Made by a program: the position numbers and the translations under genes. DNA of 64,000 bases from an uncultured delta proteobacterium. Lineage in GTDB: Bacteria; Desulfobacterota; Binatia; UBA9968. Below, in pieces: positions 10,022-19,888 of this stretch. The stretch's first letter is position 1. Each line of letters opens with the position of its first letter. The notes beneath the pieces were generated by a model. The model was not told the origin of the DNA. It worked only from the letters and a program-made list of their open reading frames with translations, and did not search any database. The stretch is taken from positions 448,001-512,000 of the forward strand of contig CAVTUQ010000002.1 of the NCBI GenBank assembly GCA_963737905.1. The letters run 5' to 3'.

Positions 10022-10908
10022 TTAAGCACGAGCCTGCGCCTCGCCCGTCGCGGTGGGCGCGCTCTCGCGAACCTCGAATCTCCGGACAGATGCAACGGCT
10101 GCAAGTCCAGCGGCGATCAACGTGACGAGTAGGCCGCCCAAGGCAGTTGCGCCGACAGCGCCGATTACCGAAGCTAGGGCGCCCGCTTCGAACTGTCCGA
10201 GCTGGGGACCCGTATTCGTAAACATACTGTTCACGCTCGTGACGCGGCCCCGAATCTCGTCGGGCGTTAAGAGCTGATTGATCGTGTTCCGTAGAACGAA
10301 GCTTATCGTGTTGGCCGCGCCCGCGGCCGCGAGCATCAGGAACGATAACCAGAAGAAGGGAGAGAGACCGAAAACCGTCGTAAAGATCCCATACGCGCTT
10401 ACGCTTACAAGAACCCACGTTCCGGCTCGCCGCACTTGGCTCCGCACGCTCATCACTGTTGCCATGGCGAGGGCTCCCGCCGAGGTCGCTGAATAAAGTA
10501 GCCCGAGGCCCTGGGGTCCGACGCCGAGGATGTCCCGTGCGTAGATCGGGAGCAGGGCTCGACCGCTCCCGAAGAAGTTCTGGCTAAAATCCAACGCCAT
10601 CATGGACAAAATTATCGGATGCATCCACACGAACGCCACCCCTCGCGCAGAGCCTGCATGGAGACAGCGCTGCGCCCGCCGGCTGCCTGGGGAAGGGGCC
10701 GCATCATGGCTAGAGCGGCAAGCATCGCGAGCCACGATACAGCGTCAACCGCGTAGCAAAGCATGGGTCCACTGTGAGCGAGCAGCAGGCCCGCCAGAGA
10801 GGGACCAACGATGGTTGCCACGTGGCGCTGCGTGCCACTCAGGGCGAGCGCATTGGCCAGATCGCTCCGAGGGACGAGGTTCGGGATAATCGCGGTCCGC
10901 GCCGGCGT
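10022..10908 (-). pseudogene. MFS transporter B, C-terminal part (N-terminus missing, frameshift near 10630)
   Basis: PARTAIIPNLVPRSDLANAL, LLPIYARDILGVGPQGLGLL, TPDEIRGRV, GPQLGQFEAG. Confidence 0.75.
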
Positions 10909-11715
10909 TGCGGGCTACAGAAAGGATTCCCGCAGAAGCGGCACGTTCGTCGGGATCAACGACCACCATTGTGTACGACTGGCGCGTCGGCACATCGAGC
11001 TGCGAGAGCAGATTACGAGCTAGCAGCATCACAACCGCCAGTTCGAGGTTCGGCATCAGGGGTATCAGGAGAAGTAATATGTTCGACGGCAGGTGTGTGA
11101 AGACCATAGTGTTCAGGAGTCCGAAACGCCGGGCGATCGCGGGCGCGGCGAGGAAGGAGAGGGCGGCCAAGAGATTGGTGCCAAAAAAGATACCGCCCAA
11201 GGCATTGAGATCGGTTTTATAGCGGAGATAGAACCAATAGGCGACGATACTTTGCACGATGAAGCCACCGGCGAAGGCATCCAAGGCGAAAAGTCCTGCC
11301 AGCTTCGCCACGACCCTACGGGATCTTTGCACGCCGACCATCGGGGTTTCCGAAACAGTTTTGGTTCTCGCTTCAATGGTCGATGATAGGAAGCCAAAGA
11401 GAATCATCATCACGACGGCGCAAATAACGTAACTGCCCATCAAAAACCGGTAACCCGTGACTTGCGGAAGTGAAAACAATGATGGTAACCCGACGGCCAA
11501 TGCACCCATAGCTCCGAACAGCGAGCCGACGAGATTGTAGGCGGAAAAGACGGCGGTTCGCTGTTGATCTTGAGTTGTCTGCGGGAGAATCGCTTGTTCG
11601 ATGGAGAGAAAGGGTCCGACTTCTTTTCCAGAAGGATTGATCGTGCCAAAGATAGCGGCGACTGCAAGAAAAATCGGATTAGTACTTACAGCAAAGACCC
11701 ATCCCGCAATAGCGT
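10898..11715 (-). pseudogene. MFS transporter A, central fragment fused out of frame to MFS B
   Basis: GTINPSGKEVGPFLSIEQA, LFALDAFAGGF, NTMVFTHLPSN, LSQLDVPTRQSY; both ends missing. Confidence 0.75.
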
Positions 11716-12035
11716 GATTAAGGCGCTTAGGCTGAGAACAAGGACATCGAGTTTTAGACTCTTCTGCCTCGCCGACGCTACTTGCTCTCGGTTCGAAAAT
11801 CAAATCGCCGCAGCCACAATTATGGATCGGTGATCAGCTCTTGGAAGTAGAGTCTTCGCCCTCTGTACCCAGACTTTCGGAAAAAATTCCTTCTTCATAC
11901 AGTGTTTCCCTTCTCGATCCCCATCTTCCATGCCAGCACCCGAAAGGATATATTTCGTCATCGCGTTGTTTATTGCCGTCCATCGCGGTTATGTCACTAA
12001 AAGTACACGGTAGAAACAGCCACAACATTTCGATT

Positions 12036-12066
12036 ACGGGAATAAAACGGACGGAGGAGCAGTATT
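12036..12066 (+). promoter_or_regulatory. Candidate ECF-sigma promoter of the sigma gene
   Basis: ACGGGAATA-N17-GTATT just upstream of the GTG start; matches the motif at 15030-15060. Confidence 0.6.
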
Positions 12067-12070
12067 GGTT

Positions 12071-12598
12071 GTGGAGGAAAAAGACCAACTGGCCCGTTTT
12101 GAGCAAGCCATCTTGCCGCATATGGATGCCGCATATAATTTAGCCCGGTGGCTCACGCGCAATGATCATGATGCAGAAGATATGGTTCAGGAGGCGTATT
12201 TGCGCGCTTTTAAGTTTTTTCACGCTTTCCGTGGTGCGGATGGCCGTGCCTGGCTGCTCACCATTGTCCGCAACACCTGTTATACCTGGCTTCACCAAAA
12301 CCGTGCGCATGAAACAAGCACCATGTTTGACGAAGAAATACACGGCGTTGACAGCGATACCTCAAACCCAGCCATTCTTGTGCTTCGGAGCGCTGACGAT
12401 CAGATTCTCAGAGAAGCTTTGGATGAGTTGCCCGTAGAGTTTCGTGAAGTGGTGGTCTTACGCGATCTGGAGGGCTTTTCTTACAAAGAAATCGCTGGCA
12501 TCGCAAATATTCCAGCGGGCACTGTCATGTCGCGCCTCGCACGTGCTCGAGAGCGGCTCAAACAGTTGGTCTGCGCTCGTCTAAGGGAGAAGCGCTGA
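12071..12598 (+). CDS. ECF sigma factor
   Basis: DAEDMVQEAYLRA, RAWLLTIVRN and SYKEIA...GTVMSRLARAR regions 2 and 4. Confidence 0.95.
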   Translation: MEEKDQLARFEQAILPHMDAAYNLARWLTRNDHDAEDMVQEAYLRAFKFFHAFRGADGRAWLLTIVRNTCYTWLHQNRAHETSTMFDEEIHGVDSDTSNPAILVLRSADDQILREALDELPVEFREVVVLRDLEGFSYKEIAGIANIPAGTVMSRLARARERLKQLVCARLREKR

Positions 12599-12599
12599 G

Positions 12600-13370
12600 A
12601 TGGACTGTAAAAACGCGCGAATCTTAATTGCCGGCTACCTGGATCATGAGCTCGACCCGGTGCGAACGTTGGAGATCGAAGATCATCTTCATGGGTGCAC
12701 TGTCTGCTCCCAGAGCTACAAAGACCATCAAATCCTTAGCGCGGGTCTTAGAACAGACTCCGCCTATTTCAAGGCCCCAGCCGATCTTCAGAAACGGATC
12801 CAGCGCTCTGTGCGCCAAGCGGCCAAAGCTGAGTCGGCCTCTCGATGGCTGTCCTGGTCGTGGGGTAGGATGGCGGCTCCCTTGGCGGCTGCGGCGCTTG
12901 TGCTATTTACTCTTGTGCCGTTTTTGCGCGGCCCGTCCACAGAGGAGATTCTGGCTCGGGAAGTTGTCTCCAGCCATGTGCGTTCGCTGATGGCTAACCA
13001 CTTAGCCGATGTTTCCTCCACAGACCAGCACACGGTGAAACCGTGGTTCAACGGCAAGTTAGATTTTTCACCGCCGGTGGCAGATCTTGCCAAGCAGGGA
13101 TTTCCGTTGGTGGGCGGCCGCCTCGATTATCTCGACAAAAGGCCCGTGGCGGCATTGATTTATCAGCGGGAAAAGCATCTTATCAATGTCTTTATCTGGC
13201 CTTCTAGCGAAAGCTCCGATTCTGGCATAAAAGCAGAAACGCGGCAGGGTTATCATGTGTATCACTGGACTCGATCCGGCATGACATACTGGGTAGTTTC
13301 CGATCTTGAGCAGAATCAGTTGCAGGAATTTGCCCAACTATTGCAAAATCAATCTCCGACGACGTCATAG
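12600..13370 (+). CDS. Zinc-finger transmembrane anti-sigma factor
   Basis: HLHGCTVC (HxxxCxxC), one TM helix, DQHTVKPWFNGKLDFSPPV and LVGGRLDY periplasmic domain. Confidence 0.92.
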   Translation: MDCKNARILIAGYLDHELDPVRTLEIEDHLHGCTVCSQSYKDHQILSAGLRTDSAYFKAPADLQKRIQRSVRQAAKAESASRWLSWSWGRMAAPLAAAALVLFTLVPFLRGPSTEEILAREVVSSHVRSLMANHLADVSSTDQHTVKPWFNGKLDFSPPVADLAKQGFPLVGGRLDYLDKRPVAALIYQREKHLINVFIWPSSESSDSGIKAETRQGYHVYHWTRSGMTYWVVSDLEQNQLQEFAQLLQNQSPTTS

Positions 13371-13574
13371 CTTCAAATTACACCGAATGGCCTTCATCAC
13401 GAGGCCCTGTGCTATGACAAACAACCCCAATATACGTACATCTTTGGTCCCGTGGTCCGCGATAAACGAATGGCCAAGGCTAAGCGATGAAGCTAACCTT
13501 AAAACTCGTGAAATGTTTTTTATAATGTGCTCCTTCTTTTCTATTCAGCCTCTGCCCAAGCAGTACCCCCCGCA

Positions 13575-13958
13575 TCACTGGGCACGCACCACCACGCGGC
13601 CGGTCATATAAGGATGGATCGAGCAATTGTAGTCGTAGGTGCCGGGCTGATCGAATCGCCGGCTAAAACGTGCTCCAGGCAGCAAGAGATCGGTGCCCGC
13701 TTTGCCGTCATTGTACTCCAGCCCATGCGGCGCGCCGTCGTCATTGGTCCAGGTGACGCTCTCACCGGGAGCTATCGTGATCTCCGCCGGCGCGAAAGCA
13801 AAGTTGGCGATCGAGACCTTAGCGCCCTCCTTCGCTGGGGTCGCCGCATGCGCTATCTGGGCGCAGACGGCGAGGGTAGGGCCAGTTAAAAGGATGCCCA
13901 TCAAGGCGCACAACGGCCATAAAGGCTTTCGAATTCGCATATTCCGTGTTGTAAACAT
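13575..13958 (-). CDS. Cupredoxin (amicyanin/plastocyanin-like)
   Basis: NFAFAP, VTWTNDDGAPH, YNCSIHPYMTG type-1 Cu ligands; signal peptide. Confidence 0.88.
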   Translation of the reverse strand: MFTTRNMRIRKPLWPLCALMGILLTGPTLAVCAQIAHAATPAKEGAKVSIANFAFAPAEITIAPGESVTWTNDDGAPHGLEYNDGKAGTDLLLPGARFSRRFDQPGTYDYNCSIHPYMTGRVVVRAQ

Positions 13959-13962
13959 GCGA

Positions 13963-14988
13963 TTATCTCCCAGCGGTCGCCGCGGTTCGCTGCACGACGA
14001 CCCTGCGTGGCGCGTTGCCGACCGCAATCGTCGCAGTCCGGCCCGTTGCGAGATCGACGACGGTGACATCGTTCGAGCCCTCATTGGTTACGTAGGCCGT
14101 CTTACCATCGCCGGAGGCGGCCGCCCAGTTCGGCTGTTTGCCGACCGCGACGGTGCGCGCCGGCTGGTTCGTCGCCGGGTCGAACAAGAGCAGCTCCCCC
14201 GGCCCCTGCACGACGACCATGCCGAACGCCGAGCCACGCGGGTAACTAACGAAATGGGGCGATACGCCCGTCGGAATCTCCGCCACGATCTTATCGGAGG
14301 CCGGATCGAGCACCTGGACTGAACTGACTCCGGCTTGGGTAAAGTAGAACAACTTGCCGTCGTAAGCGAACTCCCCGTCGCGCGGTGTCTTCTCGAGCGA
14401 CAGCGTACGAACCACGCTGCGCTTATTCAGGTCGATGAGGGCGAGCTCGAAGTGGCCCGGTTCTTGCCCCGTAACGTACGCGAGCTTGCCGTCGGGGCTG
14501 ATCGCAATGGTATGCGGCTTGGGCACCGCGACCGTGGCAACCACGGTCTGTGTCGAGGTATCGACGAAGGCGATACGGTTCTCGCCGTATACGGTGACCA
14601 GCAGCAACCGGTTGTCGGGGGTGAGCGCCACGCCGTTCGGCGCCTTGCCAACGTCGATCGTCTTTACGACTTTGTCAGTGGCCGTGTCGATGACGTCGAG
14701 CGACGAAGATCCGTCGCCGCTTACATAGACAGTGCGTCCGTCCTGCGTTATTGCCATGCCGTGCGGACCTCTGGCGACCGGAACGGTCGCGACGACCTTG
14801 CCAGCATCGGTATCGATCACGCTCACCGTGTTGTCTTTGAAATTGCCCACATAGGCCTTGGCCGGCTGGGTCGGGGCGGCGGCCGGCTGCATCATCTGGG
14901 TACAGGCAGCCAGCGCGAGGAAGCTAACCCCCATCAAGGCACCTAGCCACCGAAACCCGTTAGCGATCTGTATATGATGCGTTATCAT
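13963..14988 (-). CDS. YVTN/YncE-family beta-propeller lipoprotein
   Basis: LAAC lipobox; repeated blades (AYVGNFKDNTVSVID, AYVTNEGSNDVTVVD). Confidence 0.88.
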   Translation of the reverse strand: MITHHIQIANGFRWLGALMGVSFLALAACTQMMQPAAAPTQPAKAYVGNFKDNTVSVIDTDAGKVVATVPVARGPHGMAITQDGRTVYVSGDGSSSLDVIDTATDKVVKTIDVGKAPNGVALTPDNRLLLVTVYGENRIAFVDTSTQTVVATVAVPKPHTIAISPDGKLAYVTGQEPGHFELALIDLNKRSVVRTLSLEKTPRDGEFAYDGKLFYFTQAGVSSVQVLDPASDKIVAEIPTGVSPHFVSYPRGSAFGMVVVQGPGELLLFDPATNQPARTVAVGKQPNWAAASGDGKTAYVTNEGSNDVTVVDLATGRTATIAVGNAPRRVVVQRTAATAGR

Positions 14989-15029
14989 TTTTTAGTACCT
15001 CCTTATAAAAGGGTCTTCTGCATATCTGT

Positions 15030-15060
15030 ATGACTCTTTCATTTGAATAAATATTCCCGT
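15030..15060 (-). promoter_or_regulatory. Candidate ECF-sigma promoter of the YVTN-cupredoxin operon
   Basis: Minus strand ACGGGAATA-TTTATTCAAATGAAAGA(17)-GTCAT. Confidence 0.6.
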
Positions 15061-15244
15061 GGGGAAGTGGCTGGGCTCTCCTTAGAGCTCTGCTGACGAA
15101 CGAGAATTATTCGTGTTAGCGTCGGTCCCTTCCAATCTTATGACTGTTTCAATCTGAGTTTATTCCCGAAAACTAATCTCCGACTCGTCACGGCGGTGTC
15201 CCGGGGATCGGTGCCCACCAGAGGCAACAGGTTACTGCCTGTTG

Positions 15245-15470
15245 AAAGAAAGCCTGGCTTAGAACCGAAACGAAACTTATGCTCGCGTTGCTGCAGGATG
15301 CTATCGCCTGCTTTCAAACGTTTGTCTGTGCAACGGGCAACCGGCAGAAGAAATGGTTCCTGGAAACGGAGGAATGGTTAACGAACAGGGTAACGAGTGG
15401 ATATTTTTTTCGAGAATATCTGTGACACTCTGGGGATTAGTCCCTCATTATCTTCGGGAAGGGCAAATTT
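15245..15470 (+). pseudogene. Degenerate copy of a small conserved hypothetical (LMLAxLxDAxxCFQ...FENICxxLG type)
   Basis: Pieces in several frames: LMLALLQDAIACFQTF...WFLETEEWL and FENICDTLGISP. Confidence 0.5.
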
Positions 15471-15659
15471 TTTGGAAAACGCCAGCGCCTCGTGAAAGGC
15501 GTCGCCGGCGTTAGTTAGCACCCCAGGCGCCACTACGTTGAATCCCGCTGGTGAAAATCACGAAGAAGAGAAGAATGGCCAAACAACGATTCGACAGTCG
15601 AAGAGCGCTAACTGCGTGAAGACTCAATCGTTCGGCGCGTTGAACGTAGCAGGCAAGTC

Positions 15660-16407
15660 TTAGCTGCGAGACCCGCTGCTCATCGCGTTCAGACGTCCGC
15701 CATCCACCGGCAGAATAGCGTTGGTAATATAGCTTGCTTTGTCGGACGCTAGGAAAACCGCGGCTTCGGCGACGTCTTCCGGTTGGCCGATACGGCGCAA
15801 AGGAATCATGTCGTATTCCGGGCTTGCGATTCCCCATATCCTTTTGACCCATCGGCGTGCCGACGATCCCGGAGATAATCCCATTCACTCTGATATTGTA
15901 AGACGCAAGATCGACCGCCGCTTGGCGGGTGAGCGAATTGATCCCGCCTTTGGATACCGAATAGGCCGCGCCGCCGGGGCTCGACCTCTCGCCAGAGCCA
16001 GCGGAGATGTTGATGATTACTCCGCCTCTTTGTTCTCTCATCATCTTGCCGGCGTGCTGAATGCAGAGAAAGTAGCCGGTTAAATTAACGGTCATGATGC
16101 GGTTCCATTCCTCAAGGGATACGTCCAACACGCCACCGCTTGCGGAGTGAGCCACGCTATTAACCAAGACACCGAGTTGTCCATGTTGTCTGCGAATATG
16201 ATCGAACATAGCTGCCACTTGTGCAGGATGAGCAACGTCAGCCGCAAAATAATCGCCACGAATTTCTTTAGCGATCTTCTTGGCGTCTTCTTCATGGCGA
16301 GAATGCACGATCACCTTGGCGCCTTCGCGAGCGAAGGCGCGCGCAATGCCCAGTCCAATGTTATGAGTCGAGCCCGTAACCAGGGCAACTTTGTCCTTTA
16401 GCAACAT
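15660..16407 (-). CDS. SDR family oxidoreductase (frameshift near 15820)
   Basis: [20 protein letters not shown], then second frame [22 protein letters not shown]...VDGG. Confidence 0.85.
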
Positions 16408-16496
16408 AAAGTATACCTTCTCTCCCCGTCTCTCAGTGTCCCACTTTCTGTCTTTCCGCTAAGTCTGACTAAGGCGACCCAAGCTGAAATTGGGTT

Positions 16497-17610
16497 CTAT
16501 CGCGCGGCGGACGCTTCACTGGTTTGGAGCAGATAGGCCTGAATGAATTGATCGATATCACCATCGAGAACGGCATCGGCGTTTCCCACCTCGACACCGG
16601 TGCGATGGTCTTTGACCATGCGGTAGGGATGGAGCACGTAGGATCGGATCTGGCTGCCCCAGGCGATATCCTTCTTGGTCTTGTGATAGATCTCCATCTT
16701 TTCCTTCTGTTTTTCAATCTCCAACTCGTACAAACGGGAGCGCAGAATCTTCATCGCCATTGCCCGGTTTTTATGTTGTGAGCGCTCATTCTGGCAGGCG
16801 ACCACGATTCCCGTGGGAATGTGCGTCAAACGCACCGCCGAGTCCGTCTTGTTGACATGCTGCCCGCCGGCGCCGCTGGAACGGTAGGTATCGACCCGCA
16901 GATCCGCTTCGTTGATCTCGATTTTGATGGTGTCGTCCACTTCCGGATAAACAAAAACCGACGCGAAAGAAGTGTGCCGTCGAGAATTCGCGTCAAAGGG
17001 CGAGATCCGCACGAGTCGGTGGATGCCTGCCTCCGCTTTGAGATAGCCGTAGGCGTAGTCGCCTTCCACCGTGAAAGTAACGCTCTTGACGCCGGCTTCT
17101 TCGCCCGGCTGATATTCGAGGATCTCTTTCCGATAGCCGCGGCGGTCCGCCCAGCGGAGATACAAGCGCAGCAATATTTCCGCCCAGTCCTGCGCCTCGG
17201 TTCCACCGGCACCCGGGTGAAGAGTTACAATCGCATTTCGCCGGTCGTCGGGCCCGCCAAGGAGTTGCGTAAGTTCGGTCTGGGCCATCCCTTGCGCGAC
17301 CTCGGCAACTTTCGCGGCGGCTTCGGTGAGCGCCTCTTCGCTCTTCTCATCTTTCCCTAGATCGAGAAAGAACCGGGCTTCTTCTAGAGAAGATCGATAT
17401 TTTTCCCAGGAGTCTATGACATCTTTGAGGGAGGCTTGCTCTTTGAGAATGCCTTGGGCCTTTTCGCTGTCGTTCCAGAAATCAGGCTGTGAAGTGACTG
17501 TGTTTAGTTCCTCGACGCGCTTCCGTTTCCCATCGAGGTCAAAGACGCCTCCGCAAAAGTTCGAGTCGCTCTTCCAGGTGGGCAAGTTGTTCTTTGGTTT
17601 CTTCTAACAT
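16497..17610 (-). CDS. prfB: Peptide chain release factor 2 with programmed +1 frameshift
   Basis: SPF and GGQ motifs; ATG at 17610 reads MLEETKEQLAHLEERLELLRRRL, then CTT TGA C. Confidence 0.97.
17538..17552 (-). other. prfB programmed frameshift site
   Basis: GGAGG-CGT-CTTTGAC: internal SD plus slippery CTT-TGA-C. Confidence 0.95.
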
Positions 17611-17709
17611 CTCTCTAACAGCCTTTCGTTCAATACCGGGCTTGCTGTGACCTTAGTATCGCCCTGGGGCTCAGCCGTCGCTGCGATCGGCTGAAGCACC
17701 CGCAAATAA

Positions 17710-18159
17710 TTATACCTTTAATAGCCCCCGGTCACAAAGCGCACTATAGATCTTGTTCTCCAGACGGCCCGTGATCCGGGCGTCTTTCGGCGAGCGTTCG
17801 TGGTCGTACCCGAGCAGATGCACGATGCCATGAATCAAGAGTGTCACTATTTCCTCGTCCAAGGTTCGGGCTCTTTGCTTGGCCTGCTCTCTAGCCTTCT
17901 CCACTGAGATAACCACGTCCCCTAGCAGTTGCACGCCCACGGGTAACTCCTCCCCGGCGGGAAACGATAACACGTCCGTGGGATAATTCCTTTTACGAAA
18001 CTTGGCATTTAATTTTTGAATCTCCGCGTTGCCGGTCAATACCAGGCATAACTCGGCTTGATCTTGCTCGACTATCTCTAGGACTTTCCGGGCAACGTTC
18101 TTCAGTTTACGACTAGGAAACTTTTTGCCGTCATCCCTGCGGATGATTTCAACAGGCAT
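17710..18159 (-). CDS. ybeY: rRNA maturation RNase YbeY
   Basis: PTDVLSF, LGDVVIS, HGIVHLLGYDH. Confidence 0.95.
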   Translation of the reverse strand: MPVEIIRRDDGKKFPSRKLKNVARKVLEIVEQDQAELCLVLTGNAEIQKLNAKFRKRNYPTDVLSFPAGEELPVGVQLLGDVVISVEKAREQAKQRARTLDEEIVTLLIHGIVHLLGYDHERSPKDARITGRLENKIYSALCDRGLLKV

Positions 18160-18202
18160 CGCGAGAGTGTAACTTTTCCTTGTTGAACTTGCGAACCAGA
18201 GG

Positions 18203-18230
18203 GTAGGAACGGGTTTGAAACCCGCCCCTA
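18203..18230. repeat. GTAG-type REP-like palindrome
   Basis: GTAGGAACGGGTTTGAAACCCGCCCCTA imperfect hairpin. Confidence 0.6.
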
Positions 18231-18236
18231 TAAATC

Positions 18237-19328
18237 CTAACGAACGTTAAAAACCTGCTGATAGGAAGCAATCAACTCATTGAGGTTGGCTCCGATGGAG
18301 GCCGGGTTCACAAAAACGAAATCTTTCTTATAAAGCTCTTGATGACGCGGGATCTGCTTTACACCCTTGCGGAGCGTTAAGCGCGGAATCTGCTGGGCCA
18401 TCAGGGACTGTGCCTCTTCCGACAAAATCCAGTCGATAAAGAGGATTGACGCGTGAGGATGGGACGATCGACGCATCAGAGCCAAGGCATTGGGCTCGGC
18501 GGGGTAAGGGTCGAACAGACGATAATCGATAGGGGCCCCTTTTTCTTTGTACTCGGTGGCCCGCCGGCCGCGCGCGGCAATAACGATTGCCGACTCGCCG
18601 GCAAGCATGAGTTGCACGCGCATGATGCTGCTGGAACCGGGTATGTGCAACTGTTGTCGGGCCAGTGCTTTCATGTACTCCAGTCCTTTCGCCTTTCCCA
18701 TCCCGTCGAGCATCACCGAGTACCAGGCATACTCATCGCTGCCCATGTTCATCTTGCCTTTCCACTTGGGAAGAAGCAAATCTTGGTAGCTGCGAGGTGC
18801 CTCGGCCTGCGACACCAACTTGGTATTGAAAGCCAACACGATGGGCGTCACCTCGAAGGACGACCAGAAACCTTCCGGGTCATAGGAACCGGCAGGGAAG
18901 GCATTGAGTTCGGGAGACAAGTACGGGGCCGAATAACCTTTCTGCTTTAACTCCCACATCTCCACCGGCGCCGATCCCACCACGTCGACCGCGAAGAGTC
19001 CGGCTCTCGCTTCCGTGTCTATCTTGGTAATGACGGTGGACTGTGATAGGCGGTTGGCTCTCACTTTGACGTAGGGAACCGCTCTCTCGAAGGCGCCGAC
19101 AATTTTGGGGAAGTCGGTCAGGCTCATCGAGGTATACCAGACCACTTCGCGTTCCTTGCGTGCGTTTTCCTCTAACACGGCTTTCCGCTGCTGGGGAGGC
19201 AAGCCGCGGACGTTCTTGAGAACGTCGTCAATCGTTGCGGCGCCTGCCGGAATAACAATGCGCAAAGCGATAAAGGTGCTCGTTGCCAGCAGACGGAGTC
19301 CATTAAATCCGGAGAACCTTCTGTTCAT
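18237..19328 (-). CDS. Extracellular solute-binding protein (AfuA/Fe3+-like family)
   Basis: VVWYTSM, LAFNTKLV, PRSYQDLLLPKWKG, FIDWILSEEAQ. Confidence 0.85.
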   Translation of the reverse strand: MNRRFSGFNGLRLLATSTFIALRIVIPAGAATIDDVLKNVRGLPPQQRKAVLEENARKEREVVWYTSMSLTDFPKIVGAFERAVPYVKVRANRLSQSTVITKIDTEARAGLFAVDVVGSAPVEMWELKQKGYSAPYLSPELNAFPAGSYDPEGFWSSFEVTPIVLAFNTKLVSQAEAPRSYQDLLLPKWKGKMNMGSDEYAWYSVMLDGMGKAKGLEYMKALARQQLHIPGSSSIMRVQLMLAGESAIVIAARGRRATEYKEKGAPIDYRLFDPYPAEPNALALMRRSSHPHASILFIDWILSEEAQSLMAQQIPRLTLRKGVKQIPRHQELYKKDFVFVNPASIGANLNELIASYQQVFNVR

Positions 19329-19407
19329 CTCTTTCCTCTGAATTGGCCTCGTCTAACACTTCCGTAAAGGCTGGTCAAGGCAAGCTGCAGGGGAGCTGTA
19401 GATTTAA

Positions 19408-19436
19408 TTGACTTGCCCTGGTCGATTTGCTAGTAA
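19408..19436 (+). promoter_or_regulatory. Sigma70-like promoter of ferredoxin
   Basis: TTGACT-N17-TAGTAA. Confidence 0.5.
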
Positions 19437-19467
19437 ACGGAAAGTTCGACTTCTTAGGAGGAATGAG

Positions 19468-19740
19468 ATGACCTATATCATTGCTGAGCCCTGCATAGGC
19501 GTGAAGGATACCGCCTGTGTCGATGTATGTCCGGTCGATTGCATCCATCCGACCAAAAATGAGACCGAAGAATTCGAGAAAGAAAACAAGCTCTATATCG
19601 ATCCTGAAGAGTGCATCGACTGTGGGGCTTGCGAGCCGGTCTGCCCCGTTGAAGCGATCTTTGAAGAGGCCGCGACTCCAGAGAAGTGGAAACAGTTTAT
19701 TCAGATCGACGCCGACTGGTTCAAAAAAAAGAAAGGCTGA
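19468..19740 (+). CDS. Dicluster ferredoxin (FdxA-like)
   Basis: MTYIIAEPC...CVDVCPVDC and CIDCGACEPVCP; RBS AGGAGG. Confidence 0.93.
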   Translation: MTYIIAEPCIGVKDTACVDVCPVDCIHPTKNETEEFEKENKLYIDPEECIDCGACEPVCPVEAIFEEAATPEKWKQFIQIDADWFKKKKG

Positions 19741-19774
19741 GTCTCCCGTCCCCTTGACGGTGTAAAATCAACTC

Positions 19775-19810
19775 GAAAGGCTGAGGAAATTTCCTCAGCC
19801 TTTCTTTTTC
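19775..19810 (+). terminator. Rho-independent terminator
   Basis: GAAAGGCTGAGGAAA/TTTCCTCAGCCTTTC stem followed by a T tract. Confidence 0.8.
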
Positions 19811-19888
19811 TCCCGTCTTGACTCTTCGTTAATCCCTGTTGTAGGCATAAGACCCAAGCTTTCGGCACCGCTACAGGAGCAATCTTCA

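Noticed and set aside
17538-17552. prfB internal stop and frameshift
   Set aside because: Real but well-known autoregulation, not novel
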